Part shown: positions 5,614-6,027 of the stretch, one piece after another | Layout: each line of letters starts with the position of its first letter | Position numbering within the stretch: the stretch's first letter is position 1 | Source: Perkinsela sp. CCAP 1560/9 | Taxonomy: Eukaryota > Protista > Euglenozoa: Kinetoplastea | Direction: 5' to 3' | Length of the DNA: 6,027 nt | Assembly: GCA_965644495.1 (NCBI GenBank) | Contig: CBFFSA010000101.1 | Location: 1-6,027, forward strand | The notes under the pieces: generated by a model | What the model was told of the DNA's origin: nothing | Seen by the model: only the letters and a program-made list of their open reading frames with translations | Databases searched by the model: none | Program-made: the position numbers and the translations under genes

Positions 5614-6027
5614 TTATATGGTGTATTGTTCTTCCTTGTCGGGAGTTAAATATTTTTGCATCTGCAACAGAACTATGTTCCCGTTCAGTTCTTGGAGGTA
5701 CAGGGCAAAGTCTTCTAATATATGTTGCCGTGAAATAAGGCAACGATCTGCTAAAGCTGTTAATAGACGTTTTGTATGCTTATGTAGCGCTCCACCCGAA
5801 AGGACAGGGATACACATGAAACGATCATTCGCAATCATCCCAGAAGTTACGTAACGGTCGCGTTTCTTCGTGATGACTTCGTTCATCATTTTTTGAGGCG
5901 TTTTGTTTATGTGAGCTGCTGAAAACTCGTGAACTACAGTTAGGTCATAATACATCGGACCGTCTGCCCAGTAGATCATAAGGTCGGGCCCAGATCTGCG
6001 GACACTGCCGCGACAGCTGCGCTGGTG
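5614..6027 (-). CDS. C-terminal RLE endonuclease of a third related non-LTR retrotransposon family (5'-partial, runs off the window)
   Basis: The frame is open from 6027: HQRSCRGSVRRSGPDLMIYW...YYDLTVVHE...KKRDRYVTSGMI...FMCIPVLSGGALH...LQELNG...KYL. It is colinear with the main ORF's C-terminus (28/60 identical from GPD to FxC, hand count). Stop is TAA at 5616-5614. Confidence 0.92.
   Translation of the reverse strand, partial: HQRSCRGSVRRSGPDLMIYWADGPMYYDLTVVHEFSAAHINKTPQKMMNEVITKKRDRYVTSGMIANDRFMCIPVLSGGALHKHTKRLLTALADRCLISRQHILEDFALYLQELNGNIVLLQMQKYLTPDKEEQYTI

Overview
This window is eukaryotic and most likely euglenozoan (kinetoplastid or diplonemid), judged from spliced-leader (SL)-like exon sequences; it is not bacterial. 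It is a mosaic of non-LTR retrotransposon pieces. Positions 1-2840 (+) hold the 3' ~2.8 kb of an RLE-class, CRE/SLACS/CZAR-like element, with one uninterrupted ORF (RT, thumb, CCHC knuckle, PD-(D/E)xK endonuclease with a second zinc finger inserted), a structured 3' UTR and a (GTT)n tail. Two more endonuclease regions from related families, about 50% identical in protein, lie at 3926-4177 (+) and 5614-6027 (-). On the minus strand there are four SL-exon-like copies with no SL intron: a near-full copy with an exact 22-bp tandem duplicate (4325-4378), a 3' fragment (3914-3928) and a degenerate copy (4644-4682). Two of these SL sites lead through a short 5' UTR into an ATG-initiated ORF, as in a mature trans-spliced mRNA or an SL-targeted element's 5' junction. 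An RNase HI-like ORF sits just downstream of the minus-strand element and ends at a (GTTT)n tract, and a structured non-coding segment with four 12-13 bp repeats (4709-5140) is unexplained. Family assignments come from motif recognition, not database searches. The inverted junctions could be biological or amplification/assembly chimeras.
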